A stretch of DNA of 64,000 bases, taken from an uncultured Gammaproteobacteria bacterium (GTDB taxonomy: Bacteria; Patescibacteriota; Patescibacteriia; Patescibacteriales; GWC2-42-12). Location of the stretch: the NCBI GenBank assembly GCA_964467155.1, contig CAYXNZ010000001.1, forward strand, positions 4,070 to 68,069. The letters run 5' to 3'. The notes under the pieces were generated by a model. The model had not been told where the DNA came from and made no database searches. It saw only the letters and a list, made by a program, of their open reading frames with translations. Below, one piece after another: positions 37,441-45,745 of the stretch. Position 1 is the stretch's first letter. The number at the start of each line of letters is the position of its first letter. The translations under genes were made by a program, and so were the position numbers.

Positions 37441-37960
37441 TCGCTTTAATATTTTTATTAATAATGATATTACCTTTGTCTTTAAATTTTTCCTTGATAG
37501 CTAATTTTAAAGACGCTAAGCTAACTAGATTTGTAATCTTGGCAAAAGCACCTAGTATGGTGGTATTAACAATATTTTTACCGATAATATCTAGAGCAAT
37601 AGTAGTAGCATCAATAGCGAAAATATTTTCTTTGGGTAGTTTAATTTTTAATTGATTAGTTTTTTTTGCTGTGTTGATTATCACTTTAGTTTTTTCTGAA
37701 CAACCAGTTGACACATCAATAGCATCAAGCAGAGAAGCATCTTGAATAACCAAAATATCTGGTTCATAAATATGTTCACGAGTATTGATTGGTTGATTAT
37801 CAATTCTAACAAAAGATTCGACTGGTGCGCCAGTTCTTTCGACACCAAAAGATGGAAAAGCTTGTGATTGCTGACCGTCCTTGAAGGCAGCGATAGCGAT
37901 TAATTCAGCGGCAGTAACTACGCCTTGTCCGCCTCGCCCATGGATTCGTATTTGGATCAT
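37409..37960 (-). CDS. porG: 2-oxoacid:ferredoxin oxidoreductase, gamma subunit
   Basis: The N-terminus MIQIRIHGRGGQGVVTAAELIA is typical of the gamma subunit. The ORF-track start at 37975 uses an ATG supplied by the tgtcat terminus of the adjacent repeat, so 37960 is preferred. The gene overlaps porD by 32 nt. Confidence 0.8.
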   Translation of the reverse strand: MIQIRIHGRGGQGVVTAAELIAIAAFKDGQQSQAFPSFGVERTGAPVESFVRIDNQPINTREHIYEPDILVIQDASLLDAIDVSTGCSEKTKVIINTAKKTNQLKIKLPKENIFAIDATTIALDIIGKNIVNTTILGAFAKITNLVSLASLKLAIKEKFKDKGNIIINKNIKAIEQAYKVYEK

Positions 37961-37969
37961 AATTTTATT

Positions 37970-38069
37970 TGTCATCCTCGACTTGATCGGGGATCCAGAA
38001 AGTTGTAATATCGGTAAATGGTAAATCTCTAGATTCCCTCCGCCAGTTGGTGGATTCGCGGGAATGACA
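37970..38069. repeat. family-1 element upstream of porG
   Basis: tgtcatcctcgacttgatcggggatccag ... agattccctccgccagttggtggattcgcgggaatgaca. Confidence 0.75.
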
Positions 38070-38077
38070 AGGAATTA

Positions 38078-38743
38078 TTAATTTATTAGACCTTCTATAA
38101 TTTGTATAAAAGTATCGTGGGGGATATCACCCTCAACTTTATAACCATTTATAAACCAAATTGGGGTACCCGTCAAACCTAGGCTTTCTCCAGCAGAAAA
38201 ATCTTTTTGAATTTGTGTTAAATATTTTTTTTGTGTTAAACAAGAACTAAATTTATCAACATCAGCTCCAATTTGATTGGCAAGTTCAATTAAATCTGCA
38301 GTTTCTGTTACTCCTTGATTTTGAAAAAGCTTATCGTGCATTAGCCGAAATAATCCTTGTTCACCAGCGCAACGGGCAGTCATAGCTAAGTCAAGAGATT
38401 GTTCAAAAAGAGGATAATCTTTAAAAATTATTTTTACTTTATCTTTATAGTTTACGCTTATTTCTCTAATATTTGAATAGGAATTTTTACAATACGGACA
38501 GGCAAAATCAACAAATTCGACAATGGTAACTTCAGGGTTAGCAGAGCCAAGCCAATAATTGTTATCAGTATTTATGGCAACAGTATTACCAGTTAAATTT
38601 ACATTAGAAGCGTCAATTTTTGCCTTTTCTTGTTTGACTAAATTTATGAAATAAAAAGATAAAGCGACTAAAAGGGTTAGAAATAAAGCCAAAATTAAAA
38701 CGATAATTATGCCCCACCATTTTTTGTACCACGACTTTGACAT
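38078..38743 (-). CDS. membrane-anchored DsbA-family thiol:disulfide oxidoreductase
   Basis: It has an N-terminal TM helix and a thioredoxin-fold active site FVDFACPYCKN (CPYC). Confidence 0.8.
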   Translation of the reverse strand: MSKSWYKKWWGIIIVLILALFLTLLVALSFYFINLVKQEKAKIDASNVNLTGNTVAINTDNNYWLGSANPEVTIVEFVDFACPYCKNSYSNIREISVNYKDKVKIIFKDYPLFEQSLDLAMTARCAGEQGLFRLMHDKLFQNQGVTETADLIELANQIGADVDKFSSCLTQKKYLTQIQKDFSAGESLGLTGTPIWFINGYKVEGDIPHDTFIQIIEGLIN

Positions 38744-38813
38744 GCTTTCCTGAAAAATTAAATTAATTATGATATAATTGATAATATTATAACATTTTTA
38801 AACATCAGCCACA

Positions 38814-38966
38814 ATGAAGAAACAAATGACTAAACAAATTGAGGGTTTAGAGAAAAAAATTGTAGCCAAAGGTGCTCGTCGAGAGAAAAAGAATAAACCG
38901 ATAATGAAAGTTAGCGGTGCAAGTGTTAAGAATCTGGGAAAAATGATAGAGAAAAAAGGTAAATAA
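38814..38966 (+). CDS. small basic protein (50 aa), absent from the ORF track
   Basis: MKKQMTKQIEGLEKKIVAKGARREKKNKPIMKVSGASVKNLGKMIEKKGK*. The stop lies 1 nt before the xth ATG. No family was recognised. Confidence 0.35.
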   Translation: MKKQMTKQIEGLEKKIVAKGARREKKNKPIMKVSGASVKNLGKMIEKKGK

Positions 38967-38967
38967 T

Positions 38968-39741
38968 ATGAAAATTTTATCTTGGAATATTAATGGTATT
39001 AGAGCAGTAATTCGTAAAGGGTTTTTGTATTTTTTAAAAAAAGAAAAACCAGATGTATTATTGTTGCAAGAAATAAAAATTAGTGACAAAGATATTTTGA
39101 AAGAAAAATTTGATTTTTTAAATTATACTGAATATTGGAACTCAGCTGAAAGACCTGGCTACAGTGGAACAGCTATTTTGATAAAAAATAATCTCAACGT
39201 TAAGCCAATTAATGTAAGTAATGGAATTAGGCAAAAAATATTTGATAGTGAAGGCAGAATTCAAACATTGGAATTTAAAAAATATTTTTTGATTAATACG
39301 TATTTTCCTCATGCCAATCATGAATTAACTCGCTTAGGTTTTAAAATAAAATTTAATCAGGCAATCACTAAATATTTAAATAAATTACAAAAGATAAAAC
39401 CAGTTATTATTGGTGGAGATTTTAATGTAGCTCATCAAGATATTGATCTCGCCCGACCAAAAGACAATGTTGGTAACCCTGGTTTTACAGACGAAGAGAG
39501 AAAATGGATGAGTGGTTTTTTGAAGAATAATTTTATTGATACTTATCGATATATTAATAAAGATAAAATACAATATTCGTGGTGGAGTTATCGTTTTGAT
39601 GTTAGAGCGCGAAATATTGGTTGGCGGATTGATTACTTGTGCGTTTCAAATAAAATTGTAAAAAATGTAAAAAAAGCTTTTATTTTAGATAAAATATTAG
39701 GCTCTGATCATTGTCCAGTTGGCATAGAAATTAAACAATAA
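38968..39741 (+). CDS. xth: exodeoxyribonuclease III
   Basis: MKILSWNINGIRA, LQEIK, GDFNVAH and SDHCPV are present. Confidence 0.92.
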   Translation: MKILSWNINGIRAVIRKGFLYFLKKEKPDVLLLQEIKISDKDILKEKFDFLNYTEYWNSAERPGYSGTAILIKNNLNVKPINVSNGIRQKIFDSEGRIQTLEFKKYFLINTYFPHANHELTRLGFKIKFNQAITKYLNKLQKIKPVIIGGDFNVAHQDIDLARPKDNVGNPGFTDEERKWMSGFLKNNFIDTYRYINKDKIQYSWWSYRFDVRARNIGWRIDYLCVSNKIVKNVKKAFILDKILGSDHCPVGIEIKQ

Positions 39742-39803
39742 CTTGATTTTTTATTTTATTTTAGCTAAAATTACTAATATATTTAAAATATATTTAAAAA
39801 TTT

Positions 39804-40814
39804 ATGGCATATTTTATTGTTGTCGCCTTAGTCTTATTATCAGCGCTTTTTTCCGGGTTAACTCTTGGTTTTTTTAGTTTAAATAAAGATGACTTGCAAA
39901 GAAAGGTAAAGCTGAAAGATGCTCAGGCGATTAAAGTTTATCAAGTGCGTAAAAATGGCAATTTACTTTTATGCACGCTCTTGATTGGTAACGTGGCTGT
40001 TAATTCAACTTTATCAATATTCTTAGGTTCTATTGCTTCTGGATTTATGGCTGGTTTAATAGCTACTAGTTTAATCGTTGTGTTTGGCGAAATAATCCCA
40101 CAGGCAGCTTTTTCTCGCTATGCTTTAGTCTTGGGTTCAAAGATAGCTTGGTTAGTTAGATTATTTATTTTTATACTATATCCAATTTGTAAACCACTTG
40201 CTTGGCTTCTTGATAAGGCCTTGGGTGATGAAATGCCAACCGTTTATTCAAAACATGAATTAATGAAAATAATTGAAGATCACGAACATCTAAAAGAAAG
40301 TGAAGTTGACAAAGAAGAAGAGAGGATAGTTAAAGGCGCACTTTCTTTTTCAGACAAGACTGTTCAAGATATTTTGACTCCAAGAACAACAGTTTTTTCA
40401 TTATCAAGTGAGGAAAAATTAAATGATAAAACTATTATGAAGATTTGTAGAACTGGTCATTCAAGAATTCCTGTTTATGAAAAAAAATTAGATAATACTA
40501 TTGGCATATTGTATGTTAAGGATTTACCAGCCGTTAATTGTAAAAATAAAACAGCTGGCGAGATAGCTAGAAAAGATATCATTTTTACGGATTATAATAA
40601 ACCATTAGATGAATTACTAGACGCTTTCAAAAAAAGTCGACATCATTTATTTTTAGTATTAGATGAATACGGTGGTGTTTCTGGTATAGTGACGATTGAA
40701 GATGTACTAGAAGAGATAATAGGGGCAGAGATTTTGGACGAGTATGATAAAGACGAAGACATGCAAGAGGTTGCTAGAAAAAAATTAAATAATAGAAAGA
40801 TAAAGAGAGCTTAA
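39804..40814 (+). CDS. CNNM/DUF21 plus CBS-pair membrane protein (CorB/hemolysin-like ion transporter)
   Basis: It has a DUF21 TM region followed by two CBS motifs (HSRIPVY, GIVTIEDVLEEIIG). No CorC_HlyC C-terminal domain is present. Confidence 0.75.
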   Translation: MAYFIVVALVLLSALFSGLTLGFFSLNKDDLQRKVKLKDAQAIKVYQVRKNGNLLLCTLLIGNVAVNSTLSIFLGSIASGFMAGLIATSLIVVFGEIIPQAAFSRYALVLGSKIAWLVRLFIFILYPICKPLAWLLDKALGDEMPTVYSKHELMKIIEDHEHLKESEVDKEEERIVKGALSFSDKTVQDILTPRTTVFSLSSEEKLNDKTIMKICRTGHSRIPVYEKKLDNTIGILYVKDLPAVNCKNKTAGEIARKDIIFTDYNKPLDELLDAFKKSRHHLFLVLDEYGGVSGIVTIEDVLEEIIGAEILDEYDKDEDMQEVARKKLNNRKIKRA

Positions 40815-40822
40815 ACAATATA

Positions 40823-43444
40823 ATGGAAAAATATAATCACAAAAAAATAGAAGAAAAATGGCAGGAGAAATGGGATAAAGATAAATCATATCAGACGAGT
40901 GAAGATAAAAAGAAGCCAAAATATTATATTTTAGACATGTTTCCATATCCTTCAGGAGTAGGTCTACATGTCGGTCATCCAAAAGGTTATATTGCGACCG
41001 ATATTTTTTCTCGAATGAAAATGATGCAAGGATACAACGTTCTTCATCCAATGGGTTGGGATGCTTTTGGTTTACCAGCAGAGAATTATGCTTTAGAAAA
41101 TAAAACACATCCTCGAGAAACAACTAATAAAAACGTGGCAACATTCAAAGCCCAATTGGAAAAGCTAGGTTTTACTTATGATTGGGAAAGAGAAATCAAT
41201 ACAACTGATCCAGAATATTACAAATGGACACAATGGATATTTTTGCAAATGTTTAAAAAAGGATTGGCTTATGAATCCTATGAACCTATAAACTGGTGTC
41301 CGTCATGTAAAACTGGTTTGGCTAACGAAGATTTAGAGGGTGGTCGTTGCGAACGTTGTGGAACAGAGATAGAAAGAAAGCCAATGAGACAATGGGTTTT
41401 GAGGATTACGGATTATGCTGATAGATTACTTAATGATTTAGAGAAATTGCCAGACTGGGAGGAGTCTATAAAAGAAATGCAAAAGAATTGGATTGGGAGA
41501 TCAGAAGGAGCAAGTGTGAAATTTTCTGTCATTCTGGAACAAGCGAATCAAAATGAGCGAAGTGATAGAATCTCGAGATCCTATCGCTCCGATTCATCGG
41601 AGCTCCGGGATGACAATTATAATTTAGAAGTGTTTACTACTCGACCAGATACTTTGTTCGGTTGTACTTACATGGTGGTGGCGCCAGAGCATGAGTTAAT
41701 TAAAAATCATGAGTCAAGCATAAAGAATTATAAAGAAGTTGAAAAATATATTAAGCAAGCTGGAAATAAATCTGATTTAGAGCGGACCGATTTAGCTAAA
41801 AATAAGACTGGCGTGAAAATTGAAGGATTAACAGCCATCAATCCAGTTAATAATCAAGAAATACCAATTTTTGTGGCAGATTATGTCTTAGCTGGTTATG
41901 GCACGGGAGCCATTATGGCTGTGCCAGCTCATGATGAAAGAGATTGGGAGTTTGCTAAAAAATATAAGTTACCCATAATTTGCGTAATATATCCCGAAAA
42001 AATAGAAAATTTTTCAAATTATTTTATTGAGGATGAAAAAACTGGTAAAAGTCAGTTAAGAGGAAGTACAGTTGTTTCTTATGATCCAAAAAATGAAACA
42101 ATAAAAGAAGGTATTAAAAGATTTCTAGAAGAAGTAAAAGAAGGTAAACATTGTCATATTGGTAATGGCAAATTGATAAATTCGGGGTTTTTAAACGGAC
42201 TCGGGATTAAAGAAGCAATTACAAAAATGAATGAATGGCTAGAAAAGAAAAAGGTTGGTAAGAAAGCAATTAATTATCGTTTGCAAGATTGGGTGTTTTC
42301 TCGTCAAAGGTATTGGGGAGAACCAATTCCGATTATTCACTGTGAAAAATGCGGAGCAGTTGGTGTGCCAGAGAAAGATTTGCCAGTAAAACTTCCTGAA
42401 GTAAAAAATTATGAACCAACTGGTACAGGTGAATCACCGTTAGCAAATATTTCTGAATGGGTAAATACAACTTGCCCAAAATGTGGTGGTCCAGCTAAAC
42501 GAGAAACTAACACTATGCCTCAATGGGCTGGTTCAAGCTGGTATTATTTACGTTATATTGATCCAAAAAATAAGAAAGCTTTAGTTGATAAGCAAAAAGA
42601 AAAATATTGGTCGCCGGTTGATTTCTATGTTGGTGGTGCTGAACACGCAACGCGACATTTAATTTACGCTCGTTTTTGGCACAAGTTTTTATTTGATATT
42701 GGGGCAGTTAGTCACGAAGAACCATTTAAACGTTTGCAACATGTCGGTTTAATCAATGCTGAAGATGGCCGAAAAATGAGTAAACGTTGGGGGAACGTAA
42801 TAAACCCTGACGATATAGTAGAAGATTTTGGAGCTGATTCTATGAGGGTTTATGAAATGTTTATGGGACCGTTTAGTCAGCCGTGTGCTTGGAGCACTAA
42901 TGGTTTGATTGGCGCTAGAAAATTTTTGGATAAAGTTTGGGAATCGCAATCAAAAATTAGTAAAGAAAATGATGAACAAAAAGAATTAAATAATTTATTG
43001 CATAAAACCATAAAAAAAGTTGGAGAAGATATTGAAGAATTTAAATTTAATACTGCTATAAGTGCGATGATGATTTTGGTAAACAAAATAAATGAACAAA
43101 AGAATATATCCCTAGAAACTTCTGAAAGTTTAATTAAAATCTTATGTCCATTTGCCCCACACTTATCTGAAGAACTTTGGGAAAATCTAGGTCATAAAGA
43201 AAGTATATTTAAAGAGAGTTGGCCGGAATATGATAAAGATTTAATAAAAGACGAGATGATTGAATTAGTATTGCAAATTAATGGCAAAGTACGAGACAAG
43301 ATTGAAGTTAGTGCTGATATTACCGAAGAGAAAGCAAAAAAAATAGCTCAAGAAAGCGAAGTAATTAAAAAATGGATAGAGGACAAAGAAATAATTAAAG
43401 CTATATTTGTCAAAGGTAAATTAGTGAACATTGTTATTAAATAA
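40823..43444 (+). CDS. leuS: leucine--tRNA ligase
   Basis: It has the HIGH-type motif (HVGHPKGY), a zinc-binding CPSC...CERC, the CP1 motif TTRPDTLFG, and KMSKR. Confidence 0.97.
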   Translation: MEKYNHKKIEEKWQEKWDKDKSYQTSEDKKKPKYYILDMFPYPSGVGLHVGHPKGYIATDIFSRMKMMQGYNVLHPMGWDAFGLPAENYALENKTHPRETTNKNVATFKAQLEKLGFTYDWEREINTTDPEYYKWTQWIFLQMFKKGLAYESYEPINWCPSCKTGLANEDLEGGRCERCGTEIERKPMRQWVLRITDYADRLLNDLEKLPDWEESIKEMQKNWIGRSEGASVKFSVILEQANQNERSDRISRSYRSDSSELRDDNYNLEVFTTRPDTLFGCTYMVVAPEHELIKNHESSIKNYKEVEKYIKQAGNKSDLERTDLAKNKTGVKIEGLTAINPVNNQEIPIFVADYVLAGYGTGAIMAVPAHDERDWEFAKKYKLPIICVIYPEKIENFSNYFIEDEKTGKSQLRGSTVVSYDPKNETIKEGIKRFLEEVKEGKHCHIGNGKLINSGFLNGLGIKEAITKMNEWLEKKKVGKKAINYRLQDWVFSRQRYWGEPIPIIHCEKCGAVGVPEKDLPVKLPEVKNYEPTGTGESPLANISEWVNTTCPKCGGPAKRETNTMPQWAGSSWYYLRYIDPKNKKALVDKQKEKYWSPVDFYVGGAEHATRHLIYARFWHKFLFDIGAVSHEEPFKRLQHVGLINAEDGRKMSKRWGNVINPDDIVEDFGADSMRVYEMFMGPFSQPCAWSTNGLIGARKFLDKVWESQSKISKENDEQKELNNLLHKTIKKVGEDIEEFKFNTAISAMMILVNKINEQKNISLETSESLIKILCPFAPHLSEELWENLGHKESIFKESWPEYDKDLIKDEMIELVLQINGKVRDKIEVSADITEEKAKKIAQESEVIKKWIEDKEIIKAIFVKGKLVNIVIK
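41527..41615 (+). repeat. family-1 element inserted in frame in leuS
   Basis: tgtcattctggaacaagcgaatcaaaatgagcgaagtgatagaatctc...ggagctccgggatgaca is translated as SVILEQANQNERSDRISRSYRSDSSELRDD, just before the conserved VFTTRPDT. Confidence 0.75.
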
Positions 43445-43518
43445 TTTAATTTTATAAAATATTAATTATTTTGCAGTTCGACAAAAGTAAGCCGTAAACT
43501 GTTTTTTAATGTAAAATT

Positions 43519-44697
43519 ATGGTGAAATTTACCAAATTTAGCTTCAAAAAATTAAAGTATCTCAATAATGATTTAACTCCTGGCTTCGTAGCTCTTTTTT
43601 CTGGTAGAATGATTCAATTTGCTGCTAATGGTATGCTAGGATTATTTTTACCAGTTTTTTTATTACAAAAAACTGGACGAGTAGATTATGTTTTTTTATA
43701 TTATTTAATCGGAAGTTTATTTTATATTTTAGCACTGCCTTTTTTGTCTAGTTTTATTATAAATAAAATAGGTATTAGTCGCTCTTTAAGAATTAGTGTT
43801 ATTTTTGATGTTCTTTTTTATCTTTGTATGATTTTTATTGATAAAAACGTTTGGTTGTTTTTAGGACTTTCAGTTTTTATTTTAACTTTGAGTCGTTTAA
43901 CTTTTTGGACACCTTTCCATACTGACTTTGCTAAATTTACCAACAAGATTGATCGAGGTAAGGAGATAAGTTTAATGTGGGCGACTAAAGCATTTTTAAG
44001 TATTTTAATGCCAATTGCTGCTGGATTTTTAATTACCATCTATGGTTTTAATATAGTATTTGTAATTGTTTTAATATTATTAGCCTCAGTAGTGATTCCA
44101 TTTTTGGCTTTGCCCAACGCTCAGGAAACTTTTTCTTGGACAGCTTGGCAAACAATTAAAAATTTATTTAAAAAAGATAACAGAAAATTGGTAGTTGCTA
44201 ACATAGCTAATGGTGCGGAAAATGTTGTCGGGCTTATTATTTGGCCGATTTTTATTTGGCAGATTTTAAAAGGAAATTTTTTAGAGATGGGTGCGATTTC
44301 TTCTGGTATTATTTTGATAACCATTTTACTGCAGCTAATAGCTGGGAAATATGTTGATTTATTAGACAAACGTTCTATGTTGCGGTGGGGAACGGGATTT
44401 TATGCTATTGGTTGGTTAGCAAAAACTTTTATTTTAACTGCTTCACAAATTTTTATATTAGGTGCTTATCACAGTATAACCCAGATATTTAAAGATACGC
44501 CGTTTGATTCGTTGAATTATGAAATTGTTGCCGACAAAGGTCATTATGTTGATGAATTTACAGTCTTAAGAGAAGTGTCGGTTCATATTGGTAAAATTAT
44601 TATGTTAGCTTTAGCGGTTTATTTGTCATTAAATTTTGGATTAAATATAACATTTATTTTAGCGGCTTTAGCTTCTTTGTTTATTAATGTTTTGTAG
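43519..44697 (+). CDS. MFS-type transporter
   Basis: About 12 TM helices in two halves separated by a short basic loop. The substrate is unknown. Confidence 0.6.
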   Translation: MVKFTKFSFKKLKYLNNDLTPGFVALFSGRMIQFAANGMLGLFLPVFLLQKTGRVDYVFLYYLIGSLFYILALPFLSSFIINKIGISRSLRISVIFDVLFYLCMIFIDKNVWLFLGLSVFILTLSRLTFWTPFHTDFAKFTNKIDRGKEISLMWATKAFLSILMPIAAGFLITIYGFNIVFVIVLILLASVVIPFLALPNAQETFSWTAWQTIKNLFKKDNRKLVVANIANGAENVVGLIIWPIFIWQILKGNFLEMGAISSGIILITILLQLIAGKYVDLLDKRSMLRWGTGFYAIGWLAKTFILTASQIFILGAYHSITQIFKDTPFDSLNYEIVADKGHYVDEFTVLREVSVHIGKIIMLALAVYLSLNFGLNITFILAALASLFINVL

Positions 44698-44703
44698 AGT
44701 TTA

Positions 44704-44742
44704 TAAAAAACGTCTTCCTAATTTGGGAAGACGTTTTTTTTA
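44704..44742. terminator. bidirectional terminator between convergent genes
   Basis: acgtcttcc (44710-44718) pairs with ggaagacgt (44726-44734), flanked by an A-run and a T-run. Confidence 0.75.
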
Positions 44743-44761
44743 TTTTTAAATTATAATATTA

Positions 44762-45742
44762 TTACAGATTGGTTAATAGCCACGAATTATCGTCTTGTTT
44801 TTCTACATAAAAATATATCGATACTTCATAACCTCCGAGAGAAAAATATACTTCGTTAGAGTATGTTTTTTTGTTTTCAGTTGATTCAGTCAATGTGGCG
44901 CCAGACAAAATATTACCTAAAGTTAGCCTACCTTCTGCATCTAAAAATTCCATTGTATATTCTACCGCTTTTTGCATACTGGGCGTGAAATAACTAAGTG
45001 TCTTTTCAGTATTACCAGTTCGAATAGCTGAAGCAGCTGATGACATAATAGAACTGGAAGTAATCTGGGTTTGGCAAGTGGAACAAGTATTTGGAATTTG
45101 TACTGATTCAGATTGAACCTCGGTTTGTAGGTAACCAATAACAAGTTGATAAAGATTAGAATTGGTAATGCCTAAACCAAGATTTTGCATAACAGAAAAA
45201 GCATCTGCCGGACGACCTAAATAATATCTTTTGTTATCAATTGGGTTGATATACCAAGCTTCGCCATTTGATTCAACTTGCAAAAATATTTTTCCTGAGT
45301 TTTCTAAAGAAAAATTATTATCTATTGGTAAGACTCCATTAGACAAGGGAGAGTAATTATTCTCAATTTCAATTTTGTCATTATAGCCATCATTATCAGT
45401 ATCAATATTGTTTGGATTCGTGCCAATAGCTTCCTCGAATCGGTTAGTCAAACCATCGTTGTCGTTGTCTAAATCATCATAATCAATCAGACCAATCGAT
45501 ATTTTATTTAAATCGTTATTGGTTATGCCAATACCAAGATTTTTCATTAAAGCAAAAGCATCTGCTGGACGACCCATAGAGTATCGTTGATAATTGGACG
45601 GATTAACATACCAAGCTTCGCCATTTGACTCAATTTGTAATAATATTTTACCAGAAAGCGTTTCAGCTAAAGTTTCTGCCGCTTGCATGTTCGGTGCAAT
45701 AAACAGAAATAACAGGATGATAATTGTAATATATTTTTTCAT
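44762..45742 (-). CDS. secreted protein with a duplicated ~60-aa module and thrombospondin-type-3-like Ca-binding repeats
   Basis: It has a signal peptide. GKI(L/F)LQ(I/V)ESNGEAWY(V/I)NP...GRPADAF...LG(I/L)GITN occurs twice, and DNDNDGLTN / DTDNDGYND repeats are present. Confidence 0.6.
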   Translation of the reverse strand: MKKYITIIILLFLFIAPNMQAAETLAETLSGKILLQIESNGEAWYVNPSNYQRYSMGRPADAFALMKNLGIGITNNDLNKISIGLIDYDDLDNDNDGLTNRFEEAIGTNPNNIDTDNDGYNDKIEIENNYSPLSNGVLPIDNNFSLENSGKIFLQVESNGEAWYINPIDNKRYYLGRPADAFSVMQNLGLGITNSNLYQLVIGYLQTEVQSESVQIPNTCSTCQTQITSSSIMSSAASAIRTGNTEKTLSYFTPSMQKAVEYTMEFLDAEGRLTLGNILSGATLTESTENKKTYSNEVYFSLGGYEVSIYFYVEKQDDNSWLLTNL

Positions 45743-45745
45743 GAA

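Noticed and set aside
37961-37975. A five-residue N-terminal extension of porG (MTNKI) from the ORF-track start
   Set aside because: The ATG at 37973-37975 is the outward-facing ATGACA of the repeat terminus. The gamma-subunit consensus begins at the second Met (37960). The extension is kept only as an alternative.
38847-39089. Minus-strand ORFs overlapping xth (38847..39089, 39385..39573) and the leuS 5' end (40785..41123)
   Set aside because: They overlap strongly conserved plus-strand genes and give low-complexity hydrophobic translations.
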